Below, one piece after another: positions 41,905 through 52,406 of a stretch of 64,000 nt of DNA (position 1 is the stretch's first letter; every line of letters begins with the position of its first letter). The notes under the pieces were generated by a model that saw only the letters and a list, made by a program, of their open reading frames with translations, searched no databases and had not been told where the DNA came from. Source of the stretch: Okeania sp. SIO2G5 (GTDB lineage: Bacteria; Cyanobacteriota; Cyanobacteriia; Cyanobacteriales; Microcoleaceae); assembly GCF_010672305.1 (NCBI RefSeq), contig NZ_JAAHGX010000014.1, positions 26,698 through 90,697 of the forward strand, in the 5' to 3' direction. A program made the translations under genes and the position numbers.

Positions 41905-42897
41905 TTAATTAGCGGGTGTCAAAATAATTACTGTTCGCTGATTGACATCAGCAGCAGGATCGCTACCAGGGAGTGGTTGAGAAAATCCCATTCCTTTGCC
42001 AACAACCTGATATGGTAAATTCTGCTGTTTCAAATATTCGACTACTGCATTTGCTCGGTCTTGAGATATTTCTTGGTTTAACTGAGCACCACCGACCTGA
42101 GATGTATGACCTTCAACTCTAATCGTAACTTTATTAGGATCGTATTCTTTAATTTCTGAGATGAGACTATTTATAGTTTGCTCTGCTTGGGGAGATAATT
42201 CAAATTCATCAAATCCAAATTTTACTTGACCTAAAGTTTTGGCTTTACTCAAATTCTTGCCTTGTGGTTGAGATGTTGTAGATGTGTTAGTAGAGGTAGC
42301 AGCAGAAGTTTCGATTTCTGGCGATGATGTAGCAGTTGGTTGTGCAGTTCCAGATCCAGAGGTAGTAGTAATATTAGTAGTAGGTGATACGGTCGCAGAT
42401 GGAGAAGTAGATACTGAGCTAGTAGTTGTTTCAGTGTCTGTGGTTTCTGTAGTTGTAGTTATAGACTCTGCTTCAGTGGTTGTTGTATCAGTTGTAATAG
42501 GAGTGGGAGACTCTGCTGTAGTAGTTGTTTCGGTTTCTGTGGTTTCTGTAGTTGTAGTTATAGACTCTGCTTCAGTGGTTGTTGTATCAGTTGTGATGGG
42601 AGTGGGAGACTCTGCTGTAGTAGTTGTTTCGGTTTCTGTAGTTTCTGTAGTTGTAGTTATAGACTCTGCTTCAGTGGTTGTTGTATCAGTTGTTTCAGTT
42701 TCTATTCTTTGTACTTGAGTAACTTCTGTTTTATCATCTACATCTTCAGTTTCAGTCAATTGAACATCAATAGTAGGTTTTTCAAAAGCTTTAGGACCTG
42801 CAAATGCCCAAGCACAAATCATCATAAAGCCCATACATCCTGCTAAGATACTAGGACTTAAAGTTTGTTGGTGATGTATTTTTTTTTCAGCAGTCAT
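41905..42897 (-). CDS. OmpA-family (peptidoglycan-associating) protein with a long Thr/Glu-rich tandem-repeat linker
   Basis: 330 aa. N-terminal TM/signal segment. Three roughly 60-nt near-identical repeats encoding TTDTTTTEAESITTTTETTETETTTTAESPTPI. C-terminal OmpA_C-like domain …VEGHTSQVGGAQLNQEISQDRANAVVEYL…. Confidence 0.75.
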   Translation of the reverse strand: MTAEKKIHHQQTLSPSILAGCMGFMMICAWAFAGPKAFEKPTIDVQLTETEDVDDKTEVTQVQRIETETTDTTTTEAESITTTTETTETETTTTAESPTPITTDTTTTEAESITTTTETTETETTTTAESPTPITTDTTTTEAESITTTTETTDTETTTSSVSTSPSATVSPTTNITTTSGSGTAQPTATSSPEIETSAATSTNTSTTSQPQGKNLSKAKTLGQVKFGFDEFELSPQAEQTINSLISEIKEYDPNKVTIRVEGHTSQVGGAQLNQEISQDRANAVVEYLKQQNLPYQVVGKGMGFSQPLPGSDPAADVNQRTVIILTPAN

Positions 42898-43151
42898 ATC
42901 TAATAATATAGCTCCAAACTAGGTTGATCTGAAATAACTTCTATTAAACTAATATGATATTGATAGAATCAGCAACTGGCAAAAAATCCAAAATCATTGA
43001 GATTCTTGTTATTATTTATAGCAGCATTTTATGACAAATGGAATAAATCGTAAATTATTTTTTTTAAGTTCTTTATATCCTTTTAATATTACTATTTAAT
43101 ATTACTATATTCTAAATAAATTGGATTTTAATTGAAAATTAAATATCTTAA

Positions 43152-43178
43152 AGAGACGTTCCGCCAGAACGTCTCTAG
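43152..43178 (-). terminator. Perfect 9-bp-stem hairpin (AGAGACGTT-CCGCCAG-AACGTCTCT) 20 nt downstream of the small minus-strand ORF; U-rich on the minus strand afterwards
   Basis: Direct reading. Confidence 0.45.
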
Positions 43179-43198
43179 AAAACTTGTATTGTTGTTAA

Positions 43199-43339
43199 CT
43201 AGCCAACTGTATAAGCGGTACTAAGTCCCCACAAAAGAAGCAAGACTATTGCACCTAGAATCACAATCGCAGAAATGGCGATCGCGCTGGGAGTATCTGC
43301 TCCCTTAAATTTCATTATTCCACGGTCAAGGTCTGACAT
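43199..43339 (-). CDS. small (46 aa) single-TM protein, hypothetical
   Basis: MSDLDRGIMKFKGADTPSAIAISAIVILGAIVLLLLWGLSTAYTVG. Followed by a terminator hairpin. Not matched to a known PSI/PSII small subunit. Confidence 0.35.
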   Translation of the reverse strand: MSDLDRGIMKFKGADTPSAIAISAIVILGAIVLLLLWGLSTAYTVG

Positions 43340-44309
43340 AATATTTATCTCCTAATTATGTTTTTGATTTTAGCTAAGATTTTCTGGAAATATGTCTATA
43401 TTGCTACTATATTTTCTCCCATTTCTGTTTATGATTTGTCTCTAATATTAAAATAATAATAAAGATTGGCAATGGTCATATTTTAGGCCGTTTATAAATT
43501 AGATAATTCTATGATTTTGTCATCAGTGTTAATTAATTATTGACTGAGATCAGACTCAAATTGTTTCCTAATCTAATCAGGGGTGTTAAAAAAAGGGAAG
43601 ATACTTCAGAATATGATAATTATTCTGGTAATTCTGAGCAGGTTAAAACTGAGGAGGAATCTGAGCAAATTAATGAAGTTTTGCATGTTTAAACAGCAGA
43701 TTCTCAGGAGTTATCTCAAGATATTAGTTTGCTCAGGGATTTTTTATACTTATTTGTACGGTTCTCTTTACAATCCAAGGGCTTAATTTACTTTTTAAAT
43801 GTTCGGGAAATTAAGAAGAATGGATTTTATGTTTTTTGAACGCAGCACATAAACAACCAGAATTAATGTTGATGATGATATTATTTATTCCAAGTATCAC
43901 AGTTTCATTGTTTGTGATTTACTGGCTAATACTTCAGTTTATTAAAGCTCTGGCTTTGCTTAAGCAAAAGTTTCTTGAAATATACTTCTCCGACATTAAC
44001 TTTAATCCCTTGTAATACCTGGGAAAAAACTTAGTTTCCGGAGATGAATAATCCAGAAATAGGAAGGTAAAAAACATCAAAAAATTCCCGAAAAAAAAAT
44101 GATATAAATGTTAGGTAGATTGCCTTCTCTAAATATAGAAGCTAGAAATAAGAATTGTTTAGATAGATCGGTTCTGACAATATGTAGATAACGACTGTAC
44201 AGATCTCTACATTTATAATGATAGCTTTTTGTCGAATATCTTTACTCACTAATAACTTTGATTCAGGTATAATAATAATATCTCAATAAAAGATTAAATA
44301 TATATACCT

Positions 44310-46925
44310 ATGGATACTGCAAAAATTAGCACCGAATCAGTAAAGTTACTATCTATTATTACTGGCAATAAACTAAGCAAAAGAGATATTAATCCACCAG
44401 TATTGTTTCTGGCAAATTTAGTCATCATATTGATAGGTGTTATTTATGCAGATGGGAAAGTAGCAGAGGAAGAAAGAGCAAGATTAAAAATTACCCTCCA
44501 TAAATTTATCCCGCCGAAAGGAAATATCTTGGAATTAACTAAGTTAATGATTAAAGGAGTATCAAAGCAACATCTTTACAAAAAAATTGAGGCGATTTTG
44601 ACATTAACTTATCCTCTGTCTCCTCCAGAAAAATTGTTATTAATTTGCTTTGGTTATGAGATGTCTGCTGCTGATGGAAATATTGATGTACGAGAAAAAA
44701 AATATTTGGAAATTATTAGTCGTAAGTTAGGCATTAAAACCAAACATTTGCAGGTATTAGAAGCAGGATTTACTCATCAAGAAAATTTCGCCCATAAGGC
44801 AATGGAGGAAGTGGCATATTTACTCAATCCAGCACGTTTCCATCAGTTAGATAATATTTTTGTCAAAGCTGCTAGTGAAATGCTAAATTCACTCTTACCC
44901 AACTACAATCAAAATCAAAACAAAAAAAATCAGCCTCAACAAACTGTTGTTTATCAAAGATTAAAAGAGTTTCAAAAATATAAACAACAATTGCATAATC
45001 TTTGCTCCGAAATTTATCAAATAGTTACAGTATCAACTGAGAGAGATTTACTGCCCAATACTTTAATATCTGAAGTAAATAAAATATTAAAAAAATTCCA
45101 ATCCCAAAAATTCCGAGTTGCAGTGGTTGGAGAATTTAGTCAAGGTAAATCAACCTTATTAAATGCTTTGTTAGGAGAAGAAATTCAACCAGTCAGAGAA
45201 ATTCCTTGCAGTGGCACAGTTACAGTTTTAAAATATGGCGAACAAAAGCGGGTAATTTGTCGTGATAAAAATGGTAATGAGATAGAAATTTCTTTAGCAG
45301 AATATCAGGAAAAATCTACTATTTCAGAATCAGCAGCTTTAGGAGATATGAGTCAAGAATTAGCACACTCAGAGATAGAATCAATATTTTTTGAACATCC
45401 AGATTTAGAGTTATGTAAAAGTGGGGTAGAAATTATTGATTCTCCTGGTTTAAATGAAAATCCTAACCGTACAGCTATTACTCAAAAACTATTAGAAGAT
45501 ACTGATGCAGTGATTTTCTTAACTAATGCTTCTCGACCATTAACTCAAGGGGAACAAGAGTTAATTCAAAGTATAAAGTTGCAGTTAAATGGGAATCAAA
45601 TTAATTTACCTGCAGATAATTTATTTGTGTTGGTGAATTTTCTAGATTTGGTCAGGAGTGAAAAAAGCCGTCAGCAAATTAGGCAACGATTAGAAAATTT
45701 TGTATTTGGTGAAAAACCGATTATTTCTACTAATAGTCATTTACATTTTATTTCTGCTCAAGCTGCTTTAGATGCAATTTTAGAGAGTGAAGAAAATGAA
45801 TATTTAACCTCTTTTAATAATTTTACAAAGTCCATAGAAAAGTTTCTGACTATTGAGCGAGGTGTTGTGGAATTTCAGCAGTTTGTAACTAAGATGAATA
45901 GTTTAATTTCTGAGTCAATAAAAGGATTAGAACAAGCAGAAAAAATTTTAGATGGTCAGGTGTATTTGCCGGAAGAGGCAAAACAGAAAATATTGGAAAA
46001 AATAGGGGAAGCTAGTGAAGGGGATGTGAAAATTTTATCAACTACTGAAAAACTGAAAGATAAGAGTATTAAAAAAGTGGCTGAAGCATGGGTTCAATGG
46101 ACAGAAGGATTGAGCGATCACTTATCTGAAAAAATTAATGAATGGGATTCAGAACATTCACCTCTTTGGGATAAGGAAAAAGTTATCAAAGATTATGCTG
46201 AAGGATTTACAAGTTCTCTTTCTACAGAATTAGAAAATTGGGGTAATACAGAAGTCAAGAAAATTGTGGTGAATAATTTACAGATTTTAAGTAAAGAAGT
46301 TTGTCAAAACTTAGAGGTTGTTAGAATGAATTTACAAGAGGTTGATGAGCAAATAAATTCTAATTTGAATGAGCAATTTAATTTGGCAATTAAAAATATT
46401 AAAGTAGATGGATTAGATATAAATTCTGTAATTAAGTTAGAAGAGTATGATGATAATGGAGGTGCTTTATGGGAAGGATTACAATTAGGTAGTCTCACGG
46501 CAGGTGCATTATTTATGTTTACAGGATTGGGAATTTTGCCTATTATTATAGCTGGGGGAGCAGTGGCTTTGATTAGCTCATTTTTTGGTATTGGTGGTGA
46601 TGAAGAAAAAGCAGATATGAAAATTAAACAACAAGTTTATAATGTGGGTTTTCAAAAGTTTCAGGAGTCTTCTGAAGAAATACTTGATAAGGTTTGTGAC
46701 AATATTGCTGAAGTTTTCTATACTCAGTTTAAATCTGTAAGTACGGTAATTGAACAGGCAATCTTGCTTTACGAAAATATCCTGGAACAACAAGATAAAG
46801 CTCACAAAGAAACTCAGTCACAACTACAAGTTGAAAAAGTATTTATATCCACTAAACAACAGCAACTTAAACAAATACAAAGCCGACTTGAAATAATCTT
46901 AACTCAAATTAGTGGGAGTAAATAA
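44310..46925 (+). CDS. TerB-domain to dynamin-family GTPase fusion (bacterial dynamin-like protein with N-terminal TerB module)
   Basis: 871 aa. Residues about 1-150 are TerB-like (…VIYADGKVAEEERARLKITL…SAADGNIDVREKKYLEIISRKLGI). Then dynamin G1 VAVVGEFSQGKSTLLNALLG, G2/T-loop …SGTVTV…, G3 DSPGLNE. A long helical stalk follows, then a hydrophobic paddle LGSLTAGALFMFTGLGILPIIIAGGAVALISSFFGIGG and C-terminal helices. Confidence 0.75.
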   Translation: MDTAKISTESVKLLSIITGNKLSKRDINPPVLFLANLVIILIGVIYADGKVAEEERARLKITLHKFIPPKGNILELTKLMIKGVSKQHLYKKIEAILTLTYPLSPPEKLLLICFGYEMSAADGNIDVREKKYLEIISRKLGIKTKHLQVLEAGFTHQENFAHKAMEEVAYLLNPARFHQLDNIFVKAASEMLNSLLPNYNQNQNKKNQPQQTVVYQRLKEFQKYKQQLHNLCSEIYQIVTVSTERDLLPNTLISEVNKILKKFQSQKFRVAVVGEFSQGKSTLLNALLGEEIQPVREIPCSGTVTVLKYGEQKRVICRDKNGNEIEISLAEYQEKSTISESAALGDMSQELAHSEIESIFFEHPDLELCKSGVEIIDSPGLNENPNRTAITQKLLEDTDAVIFLTNASRPLTQGEQELIQSIKLQLNGNQINLPADNLFVLVNFLDLVRSEKSRQQIRQRLENFVFGEKPIISTNSHLHFISAQAALDAILESEENEYLTSFNNFTKSIEKFLTIERGVVEFQQFVTKMNSLISESIKGLEQAEKILDGQVYLPEEAKQKILEKIGEASEGDVKILSTTEKLKDKSIKKVAEAWVQWTEGLSDHLSEKINEWDSEHSPLWDKEKVIKDYAEGFTSSLSTELENWGNTEVKKIVVNNLQILSKEVCQNLEVVRMNLQEVDEQINSNLNEQFNLAIKNIKVDGLDINSVIKLEEYDDNGGALWEGLQLGSLTAGALFMFTGLGILPIIIAGGAVALISSFFGIGGDEEKADMKIKQQVYNVGFQKFQESSEEILDKVCDNIAEVFYTQFKSVSTVIEQAILLYENILEQQDKAHKETQSQLQVEKVFISTKQQQLKQIQSRLEIILTQISGSK

Positions 46926-47018
46926 ACTGCTATTGACTGAAATGAAAAGTCCTCAATAATTTATTTACTAGAAAAGGCGATCGCTCAAATTATTCAGCGG
47001 GGGAGTAGAGGAGAATTC

Positions 47019-47130
47019 AACAATTAATAATTAATAATTACCTCTCCTTAAAAAGAAGAGGATTGACGCTGAAGGAATTTTTTTTCTTTTTTCTCCTTTA
47101 AAGGAGAGGCTTTTAATCTTAATTATTCGG
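47019..47130. mobile_element. MITE-like repeat family AATTAATAATTAATAATTACCTCTCC…AAGGAGAGG…CTTAATTATTCGG (copy 1)
   Basis: Internal inverted repeats (GGAGAGG/CCTCTCC) and AT-rich AATTA termini. Further copies at 48415-48506, 48760-48902 and 55187-55300. AATTATTAATTATT tracts occur at 24095-24135. Confidence 0.5.
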
Positions 47131-47488
47131 TAAATACAAGAGTAATTAACAATAACTGGTTAATAATTACTAAAAGTTTATTCAGTATATAGCGTTTTTC
47201 AAATTAGTGAGATACAGTTGTTTTTCTTTTTTTCTATCCCCTGTTTCTCGAATTACTACTCCCTACTCCCTACTCCCTACTCCCTAAAACAAACGAATTT
47301 TGTACCTCACCAATATGAGAATTGCTATATGTTAATTAATTAATAATTGAAGTGTTACTTAAGTATAGTATTTTTTATTTCAAATTGGTATAAAAGTGGG
47401 TAGGGAATAGTAAGTAGAAGAATATCCACGCCCTATTTGCGTAGTGCTATATTTATTCAAATTGTATAATTCAGAGGAATAAAATCAA

Positions 47489-47932
47489 ATGAGTCGCAAG
47501 AAACCTTTTTCTCCAGAAGAGTTTAAACTGCTATATTCTCAAGTTCCTAGATTAGTTGTAGAAGTAGTTGTGAAAACTGATTTAGGTGTGGCATTAACTC
47601 TTAGAAAAGATGCTGCATGGAATAATCTGTGGCATATTCCTGGAGGTACGGTTTTTTATCAAGAATATATTGAAGATGCTATTCAAAGAATTGCCGTAGA
47701 AGAGTTGAGTATTACAGTTACAAAACAACAGTTATTAGGATATTTAGAATATCCGAGTGAAGAAAAACAACGTGGTTTTGGTTGGTCTGTAGGATTAGTA
47801 TTTTTATGTACTCCTAATTCTCCGCTCCCGACCGAAAATCAAGAAGGAGAAAAAATTCAAATTTTCGATTATGTTCCTGAAAATATTGTTGAAGAACACA
47901 AAAAAATTTTGACTCAAGTTTTATCGACTTAA
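47489..47932 (+). CDS. NUDIX-like hydrolase domain protein (weak Nudix box)
   Basis: 147 aa. …WHIPGGTVFYQEYIEDAIQRIAVEELSI… approximates the Nudix box GX5EX7REUXEEXGU. Confidence 0.45.
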   Translation: MSRKKPFSPEEFKLLYSQVPRLVVEVVVKTDLGVALTLRKDAAWNNLWHIPGGTVFYQEYIEDAIQRIAVEELSITVTKQQLLGYLEYPSEEKQRGFGWSVGLVFLCTPNSPLPTENQEGEKIQIFDYVPENIVEEHKKILTQVLST

Positions 47933-48759
47933 GAGGAAACAGAAAACCAGAAATTTATATTCTTAAAAATTAGAAATTAACTACACTGTGTTACAGGTTG
48001 AGAGTATTAGATAGGGAAAAAGATTACCAAATAATGAATAATTAGGATTTGCTGAAAAAGTATTATGATTGAGGTTAGGAGTCAGGATAAATAGGAATTA
48101 TAGAGTAGGTATGAGTAAGAATTGTCCCTATATTTTTCTGCCCAACTCTTGCACAAAATGCTAACTTTTTGAGCTTGAGCAACCGAAAAGCTGGCACTTT
48201 TTTTCAGCCTAAAACAGTTAAAAACTTTATCTATCAATCCTTTGATATTTAATCAGCAAGTCCTAATTATTCATTAAAGTTTAAATTCAGATTCCCCACG
48301 TCAATTTGTTACATAAAAAGTTTGCTGAAAAAGTCTTTTAGTAGGCGTAGGAGACAACCCACCCCTAACCCCTCCCAGGAGGGGAGAAATGGGAATGATC
48401 CAGGAGGTAGGATTCAACAATTAAGAATTAATAATTAATAATTACTTCTCTTTGAAAGCAGATAGGATTGACTCAAAGGAAAATTTTTTTCTCCTTTAAA
48501 GATAATAAAGCTGATACCTGATAGCTGACTGCTGTTTGCGCAGCATTCCGCAAGAAATGCTTACAACTGTATTGACTTATAAATAGGGAGTATCGGAAAT
48601 ATTTCTCGTTGAGAAGAGGCTTCAAACCCAAATTTTTCGGTGAATATGGGGGCAATTTTCTACCTTTTTCCCTATTGTATTTCTCGAACTCCTAACTCTT
48701 GACTCCTTTGCCAAAAACCCTTACCTTTGCAAAGATATCTAAGGGTTCTTTCATTAATG

Positions 48760-48902
48760 GATAATTGATAATTGATAATTACCTCTCCCTTTTAGGGAGA
48801 GGATTGACCAATAAGGAAAGAATTTATTTTTTCCCTTTGAAAGGGGAGACTTTCAACCTGAATTATTTAATTATTTAATTATTTAATTATTAATTATTCG
48901 GT
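48760..48902. mobile_element. MITE-like repeat, AATTA…CCTCTCC family (copy 3; copy 2 at 48415-48506)
   Basis: GGATAATTGATAATTGATAATTACCTCTCCCTTTTAGGGAGAGGATTGACC…CCCTTTGAAAGGGGAGACTTTCAACC…TTAATTATTCGG. Confidence 0.5.
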
Positions 48903-49526
48903 CATACCAGAATACGCGATAAATTTTGGCTACAAATAATAGAAAATTGTGATGATAATTTCTCTATATTATTGCTCTTTTCTTACTTCATTCTACTTCT
49001 TCCTTACTCCTTATCAAAAAACTAAATATTACAAAAATTTCAACTTAGATAATTAACCTTTTCTTGACTACCTTCTACTATAGCAATCAGGAATCAGTTG
49101 TGAGAATTGAGTTATTCCTTAAAAATATAGAATATAGCAATTATGATATTCATATGATACGTTTTTTTCTTCTTATCTGTTGCCTGTTCCCTGTTGCCTG
49201 TTCCCTAAAAGTTTCCAATATCTCACAACTCAAATCATATTGCTATATAAACTTACTGTCGCGATCGCAATTGCTTTACTATTACGATCTACTTTTATTA
49301 TCCAAAATCTAAAAATAGTAAATTCTTGATTATATATTACTCAGTGTAATATGTATGTAATATAATTGATATAGCACTACGCAAATAGGTTAGGAAATTT
49401 ATAAATACTCAAAGTTAGTCAGGGATTACTTCTAACTTTTGTAGGGGCAAATGGCCATTCGCCCCTGCTGACTTCTGACTTGCGTAGCGCCATAGCTGTG
49501 CCTCTAAAATATTTGATAGTAGAATT

Positions 49527-51353
49527 ATGGCAACTTTTCGGGACATCATTAAATACTACCAGGCATATCTACCACTTTCCATCTTAGGTATCGGAGCATC
49601 TAGCACTCTCGAACTAATTGATTTAATAGTTCCTTATGCCATCGGTCAGACTTTGAACATACTTTCAGACCGCTCTACAGACTGGCCAATGGAAAACTTG
49701 ATTGGAGCAGTCTCCAATGTAACTGGACTACCAACTAATCAACTATTATCCCTATCAGTGACATTAGGACTAATATTTTTAGTCAGCATCACCAAAGGTC
49801 CAACTATGGCTTGGTTAGGACACTGGTATCACTGGGTAGTTCCTCTAAAAGCACGTCGAGACCATTTCCAAAACGCCGTCAAAAAAATCCTCACCCTACC
49901 TATAGAATTTTATGATGAAAATAACCCAGGACGGATAGCTAACCGTATTTCTAAAGGAGTCTTAAACCACACTTGGACTTATCCTGAAATTGCTGGTGTA
50001 TTAATACCCAAATTAGTGCGTGTAGTTGGAATTTTTATCGTCATCTGTTTAATAGAATGGCAGATTGCTATTCTATTCTTAATTTCTTTTATCTTTATCC
50101 TCAGCTTTACTATCAAAACTCTTCAAAATCTTGCCAAAACAGAAGTAACTTTTGATAAGTATGAAGAAAACACAGAAAGTCGCAACTCAGAAATTATTAC
50201 CAATATTAAAACAGTCAAAGCATTTGCCACAGAAACTCAAGAACTGCGCAAACAAACTACCCGAATTAACCGCGCTCTCAAATTTATTATCTATCGAATT
50301 CATCGAGGCTATGTTTGGCTATCTATGTATCAGACAACAGTTGTTCAATTTTGCCTTTTCTTCATTCTAGGTTTAACATTATCAGCAACATTGTCTGGCG
50401 AAATTTCTCTAGGATATTTCGTGACTGTATATACACTAGCAAGTATGGCTTATGCAGAGATAACTCCTATTAGTCAGCTAACTGAAGAATTTGTCCGTCG
50501 CTATGCTTCAATGATTCGTTTCCATGAATTTATGAAGTTACCTATAGGTTCTGATGCTGCTAATTTATCAGGAAAAATAACCAGCTACTCACAGATTAAT
50601 GCCTATAAATTTACAGGAAAAGTTGAGTTATCTAATTTAAGTTTTGGTTACAACCCAAACCAACTTGTTTTACAGGATATAAATCTCTTAATTACACCTT
50701 GCCAAACAGTCGCTTTAGTCGGAAAATCTGGCTCAGGAAAATCTACTTTAGTCAAATTAATATTTAGATATTTTCAACCAAATCAAGGGAAAATTTTAAT
50801 TGATGGAGAAGATATTAATACTCTGGATATTACAGGTTATCGACGTAGATTAGCAATTGTTCATCAAGAAGTAGATATATTCAATGGCACTCTATTAAGT
50901 AACTTGACTTACGGTAATCCTCAAGCAACTTTTGCCCAAGTTAAAGATGCTTGTAAAATTGCTAAAGCTGATGAATTTATTGAACAAATGCCTCAAGGTT
51001 ACTATACAGTTGTTGGTGAAAGAGGAATGCGATTATCCGGTGGTCAACGACAACGTATAGGAATTGCTAGGGCATTATTAGTAGACCCAGATGTGCTAAT
51101 TTTTGATGAGGCAACTTCAAGTTTGGACTATGAAAGTGAGCGATCGATTCAGTTAGCAATGCGTAATATTTTTGGTACTCGCACTACAATTATTATTGCC
51201 CATAGATTAAGTACAGTTAGGGAGGCGGATAAAATCGTAGTTCTTGACCAAGGTAAAATTGTCGAAGTTGGTAGTCACGAAGAATTATTAGCTCAAAAAG
51301 GTATTTATAGACGACTACATTCATTGCAAGAGACTGGAGAATTAATAGCTTAA
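49527..51353 (+). CDS. ABC exporter, fused transmembrane and ATP-binding domains (type-I exporter, MsbA/CydD-like)
   Basis: 608 aa. Six-TM domain then NBD with Walker A GKSGSGKST, signature LSGGQRQRIGIARAL, Walker B LIFDEATSSLD, and H-loop AHRLST. Confidence 0.9.
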   Translation: MATFRDIIKYYQAYLPLSILGIGASSTLELIDLIVPYAIGQTLNILSDRSTDWPMENLIGAVSNVTGLPTNQLLSLSVTLGLIFLVSITKGPTMAWLGHWYHWVVPLKARRDHFQNAVKKILTLPIEFYDENNPGRIANRISKGVLNHTWTYPEIAGVLIPKLVRVVGIFIVICLIEWQIAILFLISFIFILSFTIKTLQNLAKTEVTFDKYEENTESRNSEIITNIKTVKAFATETQELRKQTTRINRALKFIIYRIHRGYVWLSMYQTTVVQFCLFFILGLTLSATLSGEISLGYFVTVYTLASMAYAEITPISQLTEEFVRRYASMIRFHEFMKLPIGSDAANLSGKITSYSQINAYKFTGKVELSNLSFGYNPNQLVLQDINLLITPCQTVALVGKSGSGKSTLVKLIFRYFQPNQGKILIDGEDINTLDITGYRRRLAIVHQEVDIFNGTLLSNLTYGNPQATFAQVKDACKIAKADEFIEQMPQGYYTVVGERGMRLSGGQRQRIGIARALLVDPDVLIFDEATSSLDYESERSIQLAMRNIFGTRTTIIIAHRLSTVREADKIVVLDQGKIVEVGSHEELLAQKGIYRRLHSLQETGELIA

Positions 51354-51439
51354 GTTTGGCAGGAGGAAACAAGAAAAAAAGTGTCTACTTTCGTAGCATG
51401 ATCTAGTACACTGACACATCTAAAATGGTGCAATAAATA

Positions 51440-51495
51440 TAGGTTGGGTTGCGGGACGTTAGCGGAAGCAAGCTACAACCCAACCTACATTTTTA
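51440..51495 (+). terminator. Candidate intrinsic terminator: 12-bp-stem hairpin (TAGGTTGGGTTG…CAACCCAACCTA) followed by ATTTTTAGG, about 85 nt after the ABC exporter stop
   Basis: Direct reading. The GGTTGGGTTG arms belong to a short dispersed repeat family also seen at 4484-4512. Confidence 0.4.
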
Positions 51496-51982
51496 GGCAT
51501 GTCGGTCCACTAGGAAAAGTTAGTCCAAAAAAGAGAATAACTTCAATCTCCTAAAAATGACTAATACCCTTGATATTTAAGTATTTATGCCTTTTTTAGA
51601 TCAAACCGTCTGCCTGTATATATTTGAGTCTATTCCATCGCTCTGTTTTGTCTAAGTCCCACTAATATCAATTTTATAAATATTTGCTACAAATGACTGA
51701 GCTTTTTACCCGGAGTTAGGACTCAGAATCGGGAGTCATAATAATGGCTTTAATACCATTTTTAAGTCGAAAATTCTCTTTTTTGTCAAAGGCATATCTG
51801 CTACAAAGTATGCACTATCACACTTATTATTTGTAACATTATTTTTTTAATTGGTACAACTACTATTTCTCCCTGTTGCCTGTTGCCTGTTCCCTCTTTT
51901 CTAGAGATGTCTAATAAATTTTTTCCCAAAAACTATTGCAATTAATTTTTTTTGTGTTATTATATATAGATGTGAGTAGTAA

Positions 51983-52064
51983 GGGTCGATGCCCGAGTGG
52001 TTAATGGGGGCGGACTGTAAATCCGCTGGCTATGCCTACGCTGGTTCAAATCCAGCTCGGCCCA
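51983..52064 (+). tRNA. tRNA-Tyr (anticodon GTA), long variable arm
   Basis: Acceptor GGGTCGA/TCGGCCC, anticodon stem-loop GCGGA-CTGTAAA-TCCGC, T-arm GCTGG-TTCAAAT-CCAGC, discriminator A. CCA not encoded. Confidence 0.85.
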
Positions 52065-52094
52065 CTCACAAATAAAAAGGATTGAAAGAAAAAC

Positions 52095-52166
52095 GCCCGT
52101 GTGGCTCAGTGGTAGAGCACACCCTTGGTAAGGGTGAGGTCACGAGTTCAATCCTCGTCACGGGCT
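52095..52166 (+). tRNA. tRNA-Thr (anticodon GGT)
   Basis: Acceptor GCCCGTG/CACGGGC, D-arm GCTC-AGTGGTAGA-GAGC, anticodon stem-loop CACCC-TTGGTAA-GGGTG, T-arm ACGAG-TTCAATC-CTCGT. Confidence 0.85.
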
Positions 52167-52406
52167 TTTAAAATAATTAACATTATTCCTAAACGTATAA
52201 TATAATATAATAATAAACAAGTTTTGCTTTTTTCAATTATATATAGTCATGGTTAGAGCCAGATGAAAAAAGCCTAAAGCATCAGATGATGATGTAATTA
52301 AAGCTTTAGTATTTTAAGTAGAGTTATACATATTTAGCTATCATTTTCAAATAGCTTCAATGGTATGGCACAATCAATAAACTAAGTATTTTTTGGGGAA
52401 GGTGGT

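Noticed and set aside
42284-42718. Plus-strand 144-aa ORF antisense to the OmpA-like gene; 15246-15884 ORFs antisense to the ABC permease
   Set aside because: They are mirror artefacts of the repeats or hydrophobic coding strand. The opposite-strand genes have clear family signatures.
51983-52166. Idea that the tRNAs might be nonsense suppressors explaining the in-frame stops in MVP and the split gene
   Set aside because: The anticodons read directly as GTA (Tyr) and GGT (Thr). Both tRNAs are standard, so there is no evidence for stop-codon reassignment.
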